A stretch of DNA of 63,484 bases, counting the filler, from Phoronis australis (taxonomy: Eukaryota; Animalia; Phoronida), in assembly GCA_002633005.1 (NCBI GenBank). It is 4 parts of 4 records of this genome, joined end to end, with 100 filler letters (N's around TTAATTAATTAA, not from the genome) between each part and the next. Parts side by side here need not be neighbours in the genome. Positions count along the whole stretch, not along the records: positions 31,718 to 56,930 come from NMRA01000696.1; positions 57,031 to 63,484 come from NMRA01002162.1; 2 more parts are not named here. One strand, given 5' to 3'. Position numbers and translations under genes: made by a program. A model generated the notes under the pieces. That model was given only the letters and a program-made list of their open reading frames with translations, was not told where the DNA came from and searched no databases. Positions 52,147 through 63,484 of the stretch are shown piece after piece (within the stretch, counting starts at the first letter, position 1; the number at the start of each line of letters is the position of its first letter).

Positions 52147-53830
52147 GTTGAATTAAGCCACTGTCAGTTTTAAATCATGTTGTTCAGGATTCATTATCAC
52201 AGGCATACTCAAAATAATTGCCAATGTCAGACAAAGCATTATCAAGTCAAGCTTACTAATCCTTGCATTTATCACAAAGAATACAACGAATGCTGTCTTA
52301 CTAAAAAAGCTCATGTTACTAAACTCTGGATTTGAGTGTAAACTAACAATCAAGCCATTGCACTTAAACACTGGCTAAGTTGATGTGTTGTGTCAAGGTC
52401 ACTGATGAAGCATAATGGTATGAATCATCACATTTTGCTATATCAGTGATGAAAGTAATGGGGACTGGTGACTGGCCATTAACACAGCACACTTCTGTCA
52501 CAGAAGGTCTTTTTAATCAATCGAGTAACCAGAGATGAGTGTTTTCTTCACAAATCATGAACTCTATATATACATTAGTGACACCCACATACAGACAAAC
52601 TGCAACTAGAATTCTTATACAAGAAACTTACGCTGCCACAACATACTAATTCTGTGAACATGCATATAGCCTTCACTATAAGCCTTGTTGTGACAATGCA
52701 AGCCCATCCTCTAAATACTGGTAACCACCAGGGCACACTTTCACAATCAACAACCTTTATAAGTAGGTCAAGAGTTCATATGGCGGCACTCAGTCGTTTC
52801 AATATTCACAGATTTAATATGGCTAGCATGAAGAAGATACAAGCAGACAGCTAAGTTAAACCCTACAATGAATGTCTGTGAATCATATTAGAAGTGAAAC
52901 ACAAAGATTGTGAAAAATGTGAACATTTAAGAAAAATGAGCCAATAGCTTTTTAAACTGTGAGCACACGCTGGTGATCAAAGATTCTATACACAGTACAT
53001 TGAACATTAGTCACACCTGAAATGTAGATTTGTCAGTTGATAGAAGTATGCACAACACAAGCAGGAGAGGGGTGTACTCATTTATAATACACATACCTGT
53101 CTCATCAGAATACAGGTGAGTTGAGTCAGCACTCTCCGACTCAATACCAGCTACAGAAATGGAAATTAACAAGGAAATGTTAACAACCACTAACAACAAC
53201 ATTGAGTCCTGTACAATATCCAAGCAACCACTTACTATTTCACATATTTTGCGAGTCCATAAGCCTGTACAGTTTATTGTCATATGTTATACATATCATA
53301 AAATGCAAAAATATCCAGCATCAGCCTTGTAGCTATAAATTCAATCTATCTGGTAAACATGAACAAGTTTCTTTATGCTCTTGATAACAGACAGCTGATT
53401 AAAGCCACATCAAAATATGATTTAGACAACAAGCCAACTGTTAGCCACACTACTGAACTGCAGTTAAACCTTGATGAGAAGACAGCCACCATAACCTATA
53501 GCAGAGTTGTAAGAGAACAAGCAGCCATTGACAGATGTTGACCTGCAAGAGTGGTATCAACCTACATTCCTTACAGTTAGCTCACAGACATCACTGTCAA
53601 TAATGAATTCACCACCCAACACTTCCCATTGTCTGGCCATTGAGAGTTGTTCTTGAACACACAAGAGGTCATCATAATTATGCTGGGGTTTAAACAGATC
53701 TCCTAACACAGGTATACAGAAATCAATGCATCACACACCCATGCTTGTATTCTACAATATACAGAGTAAACTTACAAAAGTTAACATTTTCAACCCAACT
53801 GTTAGTAAGAAATACCCTTGCAAGTAAAAG

Positions 53831-53885
53831 AACCAGTAGAATACTATACCCTCACAACCAGTAGAATACTATACCCTCACAACCA
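53831..53885. repeat. ~25-bp tandem duplication
   Basis: AACCAGTAGAATACTATACCCTCAC x2. Confidence 0.9.
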
Positions 53886-54940
53886 ACACTGATTTAGATG
53901 ACTAATTACGGGCTAGTAAGGTATGATAGATCCACAAGTACAATTGTGATATATAGCGAGTGCAAACAGTCACACCTACCAATAGGCTCTCACTCCAAAC
54001 ACAAGACACAGAATCCCAGGGTGGCAGTCATTAACAGGCAGCCACTGAGACAACACAGCAATCTGCTTAGCATTTATATAAACTAGGGAGCATCCAAAGG
54101 GTGATGTCAAGACTGTTCAAGGAGAGTCAAAACCAGGACACGACACAACTTTGGACAAAACCAGTTGCATTCTGTTAGCTAGAGACTGATGTAGTTATCA
54201 ATGCCCCAGCTTCAAACTCAGGTAACTAATTCATTGGCATGAGCATTAATACAAACCAAAGACAGCAATTAGAGTTCAAGACTTTTCTCAAAAAGAGGTT
54301 ATGACCTCGTTTTACATGCCGTCTTCATTTTCTAGGTATCACGATTAACACAAACCAACGCGAACACACATCAAAGCAAGCCCATTCTCAAGAAACCAAA
54401 ATGAATAGAGTTTATCTTTACAACTTTCATGACTTAAGGGATATATGCAAATTATCAATAATAATCAATCAATCAATCTATCAGCTGTTACACAACTGGT
54501 GTTGTTGCTCTATTATCACTTAGAGGTGTTCACACAAATTCTAATGTTGTACTTGCATGCATATCCATGACTGAATAGCTAATGAGGTAATTTCCATGTA
54601 GCTCTGACTCACACTCCCAACTAGTCTGACCTATCCTCAATACCGCATTAATTAAAATGGAGGGTAGTAACACCATGTTAAAAATCTGGTGGTGGGACTC
54701 ATATATACTCCAGCCAATGAGCTGTGAGTTACAGTAGGTATAGTGGTATACAACTAATTTGTATACAGAGTCCAAACACTCTATTAGAGATGCTGTTCAC
54801 CACTTGGGTCTGACCTCAAGATGATGAAAGTTTACAGTGTCTTACTACTGGACATAGGCATCCCACTAGAATCTTTAAAAGCCTAAGTCACCAAACTAAT
54901 ATTTGTGACCTGAAAATGGCTGACTGAATGTAGTGTCTCG

Positions 54941-55302
54941 TGATTTGGTTGACAGAGGGGCAGATGCCAAAAAACAGACTTGAAAACAGTTAAAATGGCC
55001 ACTAGGTGGTGCAAAATAAATCAAATTCCATTCGCAAACGGGAAGGTAGCATCATCTCACTAATAGATACCTATTAGCCAAATTATACGAAAATTCGTTG
55101 AGGACCTTTGAAGATACAGAGGTGAACGTAAAAAACTAAAATTGCCACTAGGGGACACACCAGTTGTCGTATCCATCCGAAAATTTGCTCATGCTGTTCC
55201 ATTCATGAAAGGAAAATATGTGCAAAATTTCATGAACATTTAACAAAGAGTTTTGGAGACACAGCAGCGGATGCCAGATGAACAGGAATGACGGCATAAA
55301 AA
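54941..55302. mobile_element. Helentron/HINE-like fragment
   Basis: Same subunits (GGCCACTAGGTGGTGC, GCCACTAGGGGACACACC) and a degenerate end GACGGCATAAAAA. Confidence 0.75.
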
Positions 55303-56564
55303 TTCAAATAATTGTCAGTGACAAACCAACTTCAACAAGGCAGTCAAGACCTCAATATCCCTGCCGAAGGTTTTATAACAGTGGTGCCCAGAAGAGCATT
55401 TCTATTCATGGACTGTAAAAAACATGAATGGGCTAAAGTTCAGGATCGGAAACGCCTACAATATGTGCTGCGGCATTTTGTAAGCATACTTTTTTGAAAG
55501 TTATCCCTTGAGAAATGCTAAAAGAGTCACGCACAGATATGAGCTATGGCATTTCATACTTTTACTTTTTTGAAAGTTTGGTTGAAGTTATCTGAGAAAT
55601 GTAAGAGAAGATGCGTACAGAAGAGCATTTCTGTACATAAATGCACGAAAATCCAATAAGGGGCAAAAATTCACAATACCCTACGATTACAAAATGCTAG
55701 TGATGCACTATGGCACTTCGTAAGCACATACTGAATTTGACACTTTGGTCAAAATCCCGTGTTGCGGTCATGGACCAAAGAACATTGTACTTTCGATGGA
55801 CACACAGACGGATACACAGACCGACGAACACCTAGCAAGGTAATAGTCATTTACGCCGAACAGAGACTTTGAGAACCAGTCTCCTTCACTGAATAAAGGG
55901 CAATAAACTTGTTCACAAAATACAGGACCCCTTTGACTAGTGCCTAACAGTTTTCCAACTCATAATATGCATTTTGCCTGAATTATAAACACACAAAGGA
56001 CAATCAATAGCCATTACCTTCACAGAGAACTCTTATCTAGGAACACTAAACATCTATTTATCCTTATCCAACACTAAGCTTGTTTACCAGTATATCCCAA
56101 TTAGAAAATCACACACTTCATACCAGACGAGCTGGAAAAGATTGAAGCTCAAAATGTAAAAACCATAACTCAAAAAAGTTCAAGAAAAACATGTTTGTAC
56201 ATCACGCACTTAATCCCCAATAACACACACAACTGTACACACACAACTGTACACACAACTGTATACATACAACTACAAATGGTAATTCTTAAAGGAGAAT
56301 GCCACCCTAAAAACAACCTAGTTTGTATCAATTTAGATCAAGTAGTTCCACTCGATAACAGCAAGAACAGCTCTTTTACCCGACACTTGACGGCAGGCGG
56401 AGGTGTTGAAATTAACCAATGACGTCAGATGTTCGAATGCAGTCTGTTTAGCAGTTCATAACATACATACTCATAGGCGGATTTAGGGGGGGCCCAGGGG
56501 GCTTTGGATTTGGTCTTTTGGGCATTTGAAGACTATTTCAAATACGACAAATTTGTTAAGAATT

Positions 56565-56885
56565 GATGGCACAAAATATAAAACGTGTAATAAGCATTAC
56601 AAAAAGAAGTAGGTTACGCGCGCGAACGCTGTGGCCCATAAACAAGTAAGTCTTTTAGTATGATAGTTGTAGTTAAATCGTGGTGGTGTAGTGGTAACGT
56701 ACGCGCGCTCTAACCGCCAGGTCGTGAGTTCGAGTCTTTGATACCTGTATTTTCTTCCTGTTTGACACATTCTTCGTGTTTTTTTTTTTGCCTTTTTTTC
56801 TTGGATAATACTTCAGGAATCAAGGAAAATGCTTGATTTTTAGAGGTAAAAACAGAAAAATTTCCTGGGCGGGAGGGGGGTTTGC
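56565..56885 (+). repeat. Interspersed repeat with an internal tRNA-like segment
   Basis: GTGGTGGTGTAGTGGTAACG...GTGAGTTCGAGTC at ~56680-56736; inverted copy at ~25375-25690. Confidence 0.7.
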
Positions 56886-56930
56886 CCCCCATTCGGTGCT
56901 ATGCGCATCTACAATCGTGGTTCAGTTTGC

Positions 56931-57030
56931 NNNNNNNNNNNNNNNNNNNNNNNNNNNNNNNNNNNNNNNNNNNNTTAATTAATTAANNNNNNNNNNNNNN
57001 NNNNNNNNNNNNNNNNNNNNNNNNNNNNNN
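56931..57030. other. Assembly gap with artificial linker
   Basis: N-TTAATTAATTAA-N. Confidence 0.97.
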
Positions 57031-58436
57031 AAAAATGGCAGACAACAGTCACGTACCCGGTGAGTTTAAGTGTCATTTTCTGCTTAAATAGAGGCCACTT
57101 TGGTACGAATGTTACACACAGAAAAGCGTCAGAGTGTAACCTTTGTTGTGGATCTGAAATAATACTTGGCTTTTGCTTATTTTTTAAAATAAAAAGCTCA
57201 GAAAGCAATGGCTTTCGGTAAAATGCCTTGCGCGTCGTAAAATCGACAATTTCTACTTGTTATTAGCAATTCCAGGATTCTTAAGAAGAAGCGTGTGACG
57301 TTTATAGTTTAATCGTACCTGGTGACACCTTTCTTAGTTATAATTTGTGAAAATCTTTTTCAATGTCACATTAAACTTGAGATCACGCACTGATGATGCA
57401 GGTGAACTTAGGACCAATACTACAAAACAGAAGAGTCAAACACAACGTACATTCAAGCCACACGGTGCCACAAGTCAGTCTGTTCATCCGATCTGTATCA
57501 TGTTATCAGTAAAGTAAAATCCCACCAGTTTGCACAACTTCTGGCCAATTTTTTGATCCTAGACGTTTATGAGTGAGACTCTTTGAATCATCTCTTGAAG
57601 TGTTGCCGCACTCCCCTCTCTCCCCATGGGCAAGCTCATCATCATTCGTTGACTTCACTGGCTATTTGTTTTTTTTTTCCTTCTGCTGTCACAATTTTGC
57701 AAGAAGATTCTGCACTCGCTTTCATCTCGGTGCTGCAACAATTTGTTTAGCCCTGGCTGACAGGCCACATGGAACAACTCCTGGGTGAGTCTTCAGTTTA
57801 GAAACCCTTGTTCTCAGTGGTTTGGTCTAAAAGTAGATGCCTGACCTGTACTTTTCAAAACCCTGGTCGGGTGTACCTTCACGTCGTGGGTAACATGTTC
57901 GTTGAAGCTTGCCTCCCATTAACAGTGAAGTTGTTTCCTGAAATGAGAATAAATTCGTTTGTGAAATTAAAATTATGCTTGATGCACGTGTACTGCACTT
58001 GGCAATTTAATGGAAATAAAGCTACACTGTATGTTTTTGTTCAGTTTTGATACGAAAGTAACACAGTAACGGCACAATATGTGATTAATTCATTGCACCA
58101 CACCTATTTTGTAACCTTTTTCACGTTTTATAAGTAAAAAGTTCATTGCTGTTCGACACACCACATTGCGTTCCCGATCGCATAAACAAACACAAATTTG
58201 CGTTCCCGATCGCTTATCGTTGCGTTCTCGATCGCATCTTTCAACAGAAAAGCGTCGAAAAATCAGAGATCCTGACAACTACAAAAAACAAGCGTTGCTT
58301 AATATTTTCACACGTCATTTCTTCATAACTCCATGGTCAATTTATTGATTTAGTGCCAAAAATAACGGCTATTTGCCAAAATGACATACAAATCACCTTC
58401 GGCTTAAGCGATGCCTCGGTCAACATAACATTTGTC

Positions 58437-59503
58437 GGTAATTGTTTACAATATGACGACATTGACTTACACAAATGATTTTGGTATCGTTCGATTCCTC
58501 TCAACGTTATCTTNAAAGTTGATTTCACGATTTTGGGAACTGAAATAGGGACTGCTCGAAGAAAAAGTTTCATAACGGGAGTATTTGTTCGGGTAATTAT
58601 TTACAATATGACGACATTGACTTACACATAGGATTTTGGTATCGTTCGATTCCTTTCATCGTTATCTTTCCAAAAATATATGAATGTATCCCCTACTACG
58701 TTTCCTCCGTATTTTATCATCGAATTTCGGTTCGCACTATTTCCCGATTGACACCGCCATGTTAGCTCAACTCAAGATTACAGCGACACCTGTTGTTAAT
58801 GAATGAAACAGCATCATCGATTCTGAATGGTGTTTGCCCGCGCGAGATTCCCGCTAAAGTTTTTCCCGACATAATATGGAGAAACAAGTAGCGGCACTTC
58901 ACCTTTTCCAAATTTTTTATAATTTTGACCATTTTTCCACGAAAATTGTTTGAAGTGAAACCCTTTTCACCATGTTGGACCTCAAAAACAACCTCCGCTT
59001 TTTAGCAGATGCGTACCAGGGTCACCATAGGATCGAATTCGAACTCTTGGGACCGTAACTCAGGCAGGGGATAGACGGGTCTCGGTCAATTTGAACCTAT
59101 GAAAAGCGACAATCTGCAGAAGTCGGTAGATTAATTCAGTTTTTGACCGCCAGGTGACTCCTTCCATTCCAACATGGCGGTGTTACAACCGAGTACCGGG
59201 AAATAGTGCGAGCAGAAATTTCACGATAAAATACTAAGGGAGTGGGGTAGGAAAAAATTTGTTGTATTTTTAGAAAGATAACGTTGCAAGGAATTGAACA
59301 ATATCGAAATCATATGTGTAAGTCAATGTCGTCATATTGTAAACAATTACCAAAATTTAAATTCGAAAACATCTTCTGAAAACGCACAAAAAAGTGTATT
59401 AGTAAAATCTACTGATTTTTAAGTGGTNACATAACGTTGCAAGGAATCGAACAATACCAAAATCATTTGTGTAAGTCAATGTCGTCATATTGTAAACAAT
59501 TAC
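58437..59503. mobile_element. Foldback-like element with modular inverted arms
   Basis: GGTAATTGTTTACAATATGACGACATTGACTTACACA... occurs twice forward (~58437, ~58592) and twice inverted (ending ~59351 and ~59503). Inner inversion 58707-58762 vs 59171-59235. Confidence 0.7.
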
Positions 59504-61275
59504 CTTGCCTGGCTTCGCTTCTGGCGCCAAATTTCGTTTTCGATCGCCTTCCTGTCGTTCTCGATCACGGGTTGGCCGGGGTGTTGACCGTCCGTAGCCA
59601 GACACGATAATCTTGCGAAGCTTGATCGTGATCACGTGCACTGCTTGTAGTACATGGCGTTGTCTTACGATTTTTTGCGCGTTTTGCAAGGTTCTTAGTC
59701 TGCTGTGTTTCCTCTTTTTTCGTTTCCTAGCTCCGAAATGAAATAACGGTGATTACTGGTCAGGGGCTTGTTTTGTATCAGGGGCTTGTCTTGTAACCTT
59801 TTTTATTCCATGCACAACAGCAATGAATGTCAGTGTTCTTTTTTTGACTTGTTCACATGTGGGTGACTGTCGTATATAAAGTGTCCGCCTTTTGTTAACC
59901 AGTTTTCTCCACTGAATAAGGGACATAAGGGTTACAGACTGGAAGGATAGATAATGGCGACAGGGGAATGACATTCTGTATATATGTACTCGGGCAAAAA
60001 TATATGTTATGCCCCTAATCGGAAAGCCAAGCCCAAGTACGCCTATTCCACTGTGCGCCTTATTCTGACCAAAATCAAGACAGGAGTTCGTCACGACGGA
60101 GTTCCTTGGCCCTACTAATTAATTATGTCAAAATGGCAGCATGCGTTGCATTCCGATATCAATTTCAAACATTCAAACGTTTTATTGCCACGTATTTATC
60201 TTATTCTTCTTTTATACTGAACAAATAGGCCTACATGCAAATACGAAATAACGTTGGAGAGCAGGCCATCTCATTGTTTTAGCATGGAATTTTTTGCTTA
60301 TGTTTTTGCCCCACATCTAAGAACATCGATAAGTGTATCAACGTGAAATCAATGGACTGTGAGCTTAATCAATTGGTAACAATGCGCACAAAACATTGAG
60401 TGGTGACCGCGTAACAAAATCCCGCCCGTGGATGAATAATATTTATTGTTGACTGACGTTTCTCTTGAGGTTATGCACGAGAAATAATCTGAGTACAAAG
60501 CTGCATAAAGATAATGTACGTGTAATTTTACATCCTTCTCACGTGGTTAGCTGGATTTACTAGTTGCGTGAAAGTTCTTCAGTTCAAATTATACACGGTA
60601 AGTAAATGAAAGTCATAGAGGTTCTTATCAACACTCTGTAGTAGTAGTAGTTTTATGGACTATCGAATCATAAACGAGGGATACAAAATCATACAGAGTT
60701 ACGTTAGTCCAACGGAAATATTAACAAACATATTAAAAAGGACAAGATTGAACGATATAGCTTCAACCCTTACAACAATGGGTGCACATAACGCAAGTGA
60801 TGATGCCTTTAATTTGGTCAAGCAAACAAGTCGTTTTCACAAAATTTAGAAAAAAGTAAAAGTAAAATACATTATCTAGCAAAACAAAGGCATAATTAAC
60901 ACGACCACATTTCGTTTGATCTGCATAAAAATGTTCAAATACTGATGAAATCTTAAAATGCAGTAATACAGTTTTCTAAAGAATCATTTCGTTTTAGTCG
61001 CGCGCAAGTTCTGATTTTTCATTAAAGGCGAAGGCAACCTTTTTCCATGTCATTTTGAGCTAAAATAAGGTTGGTTGGTTATCTTAGACATATTTTCCAC
61101 TTAATTACAGTTTTTCGTAATTTTATTAATTACTCGTCCGCTACTCCGGAAGTGACGTTTTAGGAGGCAAGCATTTCGCGCCAATTTCTTTTCAAATAGT
61201 CTGACTGTGAGAGCTGCCGAGTCAGTCATTGTTCTACCTCGGTTGTGTTGTGCTTTCATTTACTAGTCAGTCAAC

Positions 61276-62058
61276 ATGCCACACTGTTGCTGCGTACCGG
61301 GATGTACTAATTATCGTCTCACGCGCGCTTTGGGAATACCTTAGCATCGCTTTCCGATGGATGACACACTTCGCCGTACTTGGCTCGTTCGTGTGAAGAA
61401 CGTAGCGTTACCCGTCCACGCAACGTACAAAGCAGTCGAGAATTACCGTGTGTGTGGCAAGCACTTTCTCCGTCCGATTACGAAAGGGATTTGTACGCTG
61501 AACTGATGAAGGTCCCTGCGAAACAACGCCTGAAGAAGGATGCTATTCCGTCTGCGTTGATTTCCGGCAGTGCCCCGTCGCCACCCCCGAGAAGTGCGTT
61601 TTTGAAGAGAGAAGCCTCTGTGGCCAGTACAATGACTGGAGCCAGTGGAGGCACTTCATCCACTGTCACCCGTGCCTCCGAACGTACCCCAGAGCGTGCC
61701 ATTCCTGGAACCAGTAGTGATTCGCCCTGTACTGTTTTCTCCAGCCCAGAGCCTCTAAGCAGCCCTGCAGCGATGTTGAGTAGTGGGAGTGATTACAGGC
61801 CCAGTTCGACACCAAGTGAAGAGGGCAGTTCGTCGTCCAGTGAACAGATCGGTGAGCCAAACTTTGATAAGTTTATTGTGGACTTGTCTAAAGTGTTGGA
61901 GCTATTTAGAAGGTGCCAGGTGTGTGGCGAGGGAGTCACACGACACGATGTAAGCAGTTTGGGTGCTCAGGTCACCATCCAGTGGGAGTGTGTCGCGGGA
62001 CACTCTGGCAAGTGGGACAGTTGTTCCTTTGTCCGTGGTATGCCGGAGGTCCACTTAA
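61276..62058 (+). pseudogene. THAP-domain Kolobok-like transposase, 5' part
   Basis: MPHCCCVPGCTN...IP*HRFP...RRTWLVRV...RVCGKHF/SPSDY...RLKKDAIPS is a THAP domain with a TAG at 61342 and a frameshift near 61466. A Ser-rich linker follows, then KFIVDLSKVLELFRRCQVCG...WECVAGHSGKWDS (CxxC...CxxxH finger). No DDE core. Confidence 0.85.
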
Positions 62059-62370
62059 CCGTGTCCAGTAGTGGCTTGGCCTCGTCGAACTCTGAACAGC
62101 ACAAGCATTCCATTGAGGTAGGTATAACAACGCACACAGTGCATTTGCACCAAGATGTGTCACCACGTCTGTCCTCAGTAGCCGCCTCGTTTCTCTCAAC
62201 AGCTGCCTGTGCCTGCCCAGTTGCGTACTCTGCATCGTTATACTCGGGCTCAAACATGTAGCCCACCCACTGAATGTCCGTGAAAAAAATTCCTCGTCAC
62301 CACAGCTGTGAACAAGGTCTCCGTTACTCACACTACTGCCACTGTGATACGGGTCACCGACTACAGCCAT
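62055..62370 (-). pseudogene. Kolobok accessory (KolX-like) ORF resembling the P2X7 cytoplasmic ballast Cys domain, 5' part
   Basis: ATG at 62370 (MAVVGDPY...DEEFF), a frameshift in the T run near 62283-62290, then DIQWVGYMFEPEY...RRGDTSWCKCTVCVVIPTSMECLCCSE. Confidence 0.75.
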
Positions 62371-63484
62371 TTTCCGCTTACAACACACTAAACAATCCCT
62401 AAATCCAACGCAGTTGAGTTTTTTACTAACCTATCTTGCCGTAGAATACTCGCCGATGGAACGTGGTGGCGACAATTGTTGAAAAACAGCACAAAACAAA
62501 AGTAGAATAGAACAAATTCGCACGGTAAACTCAACGCAAAACCAAGTGGCGAGCAACGCTTGCCTCCTAAAACGTCACTTCCGCAGTAGAGGACGAGTAA
62601 TTAATAAAATTACGAAAAGCTGTCTTTAAGTGGAAAATATGTCTAGGATAACCAACCAACCTTATTTTAGCTCAAAATGACATAAAAAAGGTTGCCTTCG
62701 CCTTTAACTCTGTAGATAACCCTCTTGCAAAAGTGAATCATTTTAAAATTCCTAAATTGATTTCGTACATTAACTCATAAAGTGTAGCATCTAAAACTTT
62801 CATTTGAATACGATCAGACACTTTCTGAGATATAATGCTTCGAAGCTCCAGGGTCCAACGTAATCTTTTAAGCTACAAAAAATTCTGAAGGGGATGGTAT
62901 GAGGTTTTATGTAACAAAATTCATCCAAATTACGTGACTTACGAAGCACTTCCGTTTGTTCAGAAAGTGAAAGTTGATTTGTCAATGGTGCTATTCGACA
63001 ATCTTTACCTTACTAGAGGGCGCGCGTGTACTAGTGTATACTGAGCGTCGATACTTACCTGCCTATCTCTGTTCAAACGCGATAAGCGCAATAACATACA
63101 CAAACCTCCCTTGCGTGAACTCTCTTCGACTATGAAAAAGTGCCTCGGTACATCATTACCCACTATGGTCACATGAGGTCGCTGCGAAGGAACGTATCTG
63201 AGTATATTGTTTTACCCGAATAATGTTTATTCAAAGCTGATATTTAGGCGGCTAAAACCTAAATATATCTTTACTTTCATAAAATCGGTGTCATAACAGT
63301 CCTTATCGTGAGAGGGGTCTATTTCCGTTACCAACTCAAGCCACGGGTTTAGTTGCATAGTGCTGGCCAACCCCAATACATTCTGAGTGGCATTCTCTTG
63401 AGTCCCGGCGCTGTTGGTTTCGATGTTGTTGTTGGCAACGGAAATGTAATGCTATCACGGCAATTATGAGACATTTTCACGAAA

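Larger units (their letters stand above)
61026..62703 (+). mobile_element. Kolobok-like DNA transposon, internally deleted (1678 bp)
   Basis: TTAA at 61022-25 and 62704-07. About 145-bp TIRs starting AGGCGAAGGCAACCTTTTT. Contains two convergent truncated ORFs. Confidence 0.88.

Noticed and set aside
56680-56750. Functional tRNA gene (also ~25505-25573)
   Set aside because: A and B boxes are present, but I could not form acceptor and anticodon stems, and the two copies are diverged.
61380-62261. 293-aa ORF as an intact protein
   Set aside because: Its N-terminus is out of frame with the THAP start, and its C-terminus is antisense read-through of the second ORF after the deletion junction.

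Overview
Repeat-rich animal genomic DNA with spliced genes, probably from a marine invertebrate (inferred from gene and transposon content). It comes from a draft scaffold with five N-gaps; three contain an artificial TTAATTAATTAA linker, so adjacency across them is uncertain. Two host genes are visible. (1) A minus-strand RAI1/TCF20-like chromatin gene has three phase-compatible exons (46850-47083, 33242-35856, 32413-32506) encoding AT-hook-like motifs and an extended PHD finger. A likely upstream exon lies at 51930-52018, and the last exon was not found. (2) Two plus-strand GT-AG-spliced exons (19460-19675, 21197-~21321) encode the N-terminal part of a phosphonoacetaldehyde hydrolase (PhnX/phosphonatase)-like enzyme, with no downstream exons found. 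The rest is mostly mobile DNA: an internally deleted TTAA-flanked Kolobok-like transposon (THAP transposase head plus a convergent ORF resembling the P2X7 cytoplasmic ballast); nested Helentron/HINE-like elements with arrays of CTCF-like motifs; a 2.7-kb TIR element with a 5-bp TSD inside a foldback; decayed SGNH-hydrolase and Academ-like ORFs; SINE/LINE fragments; and many mini- and microsatellites. All calls are by eye; no database searches were run.
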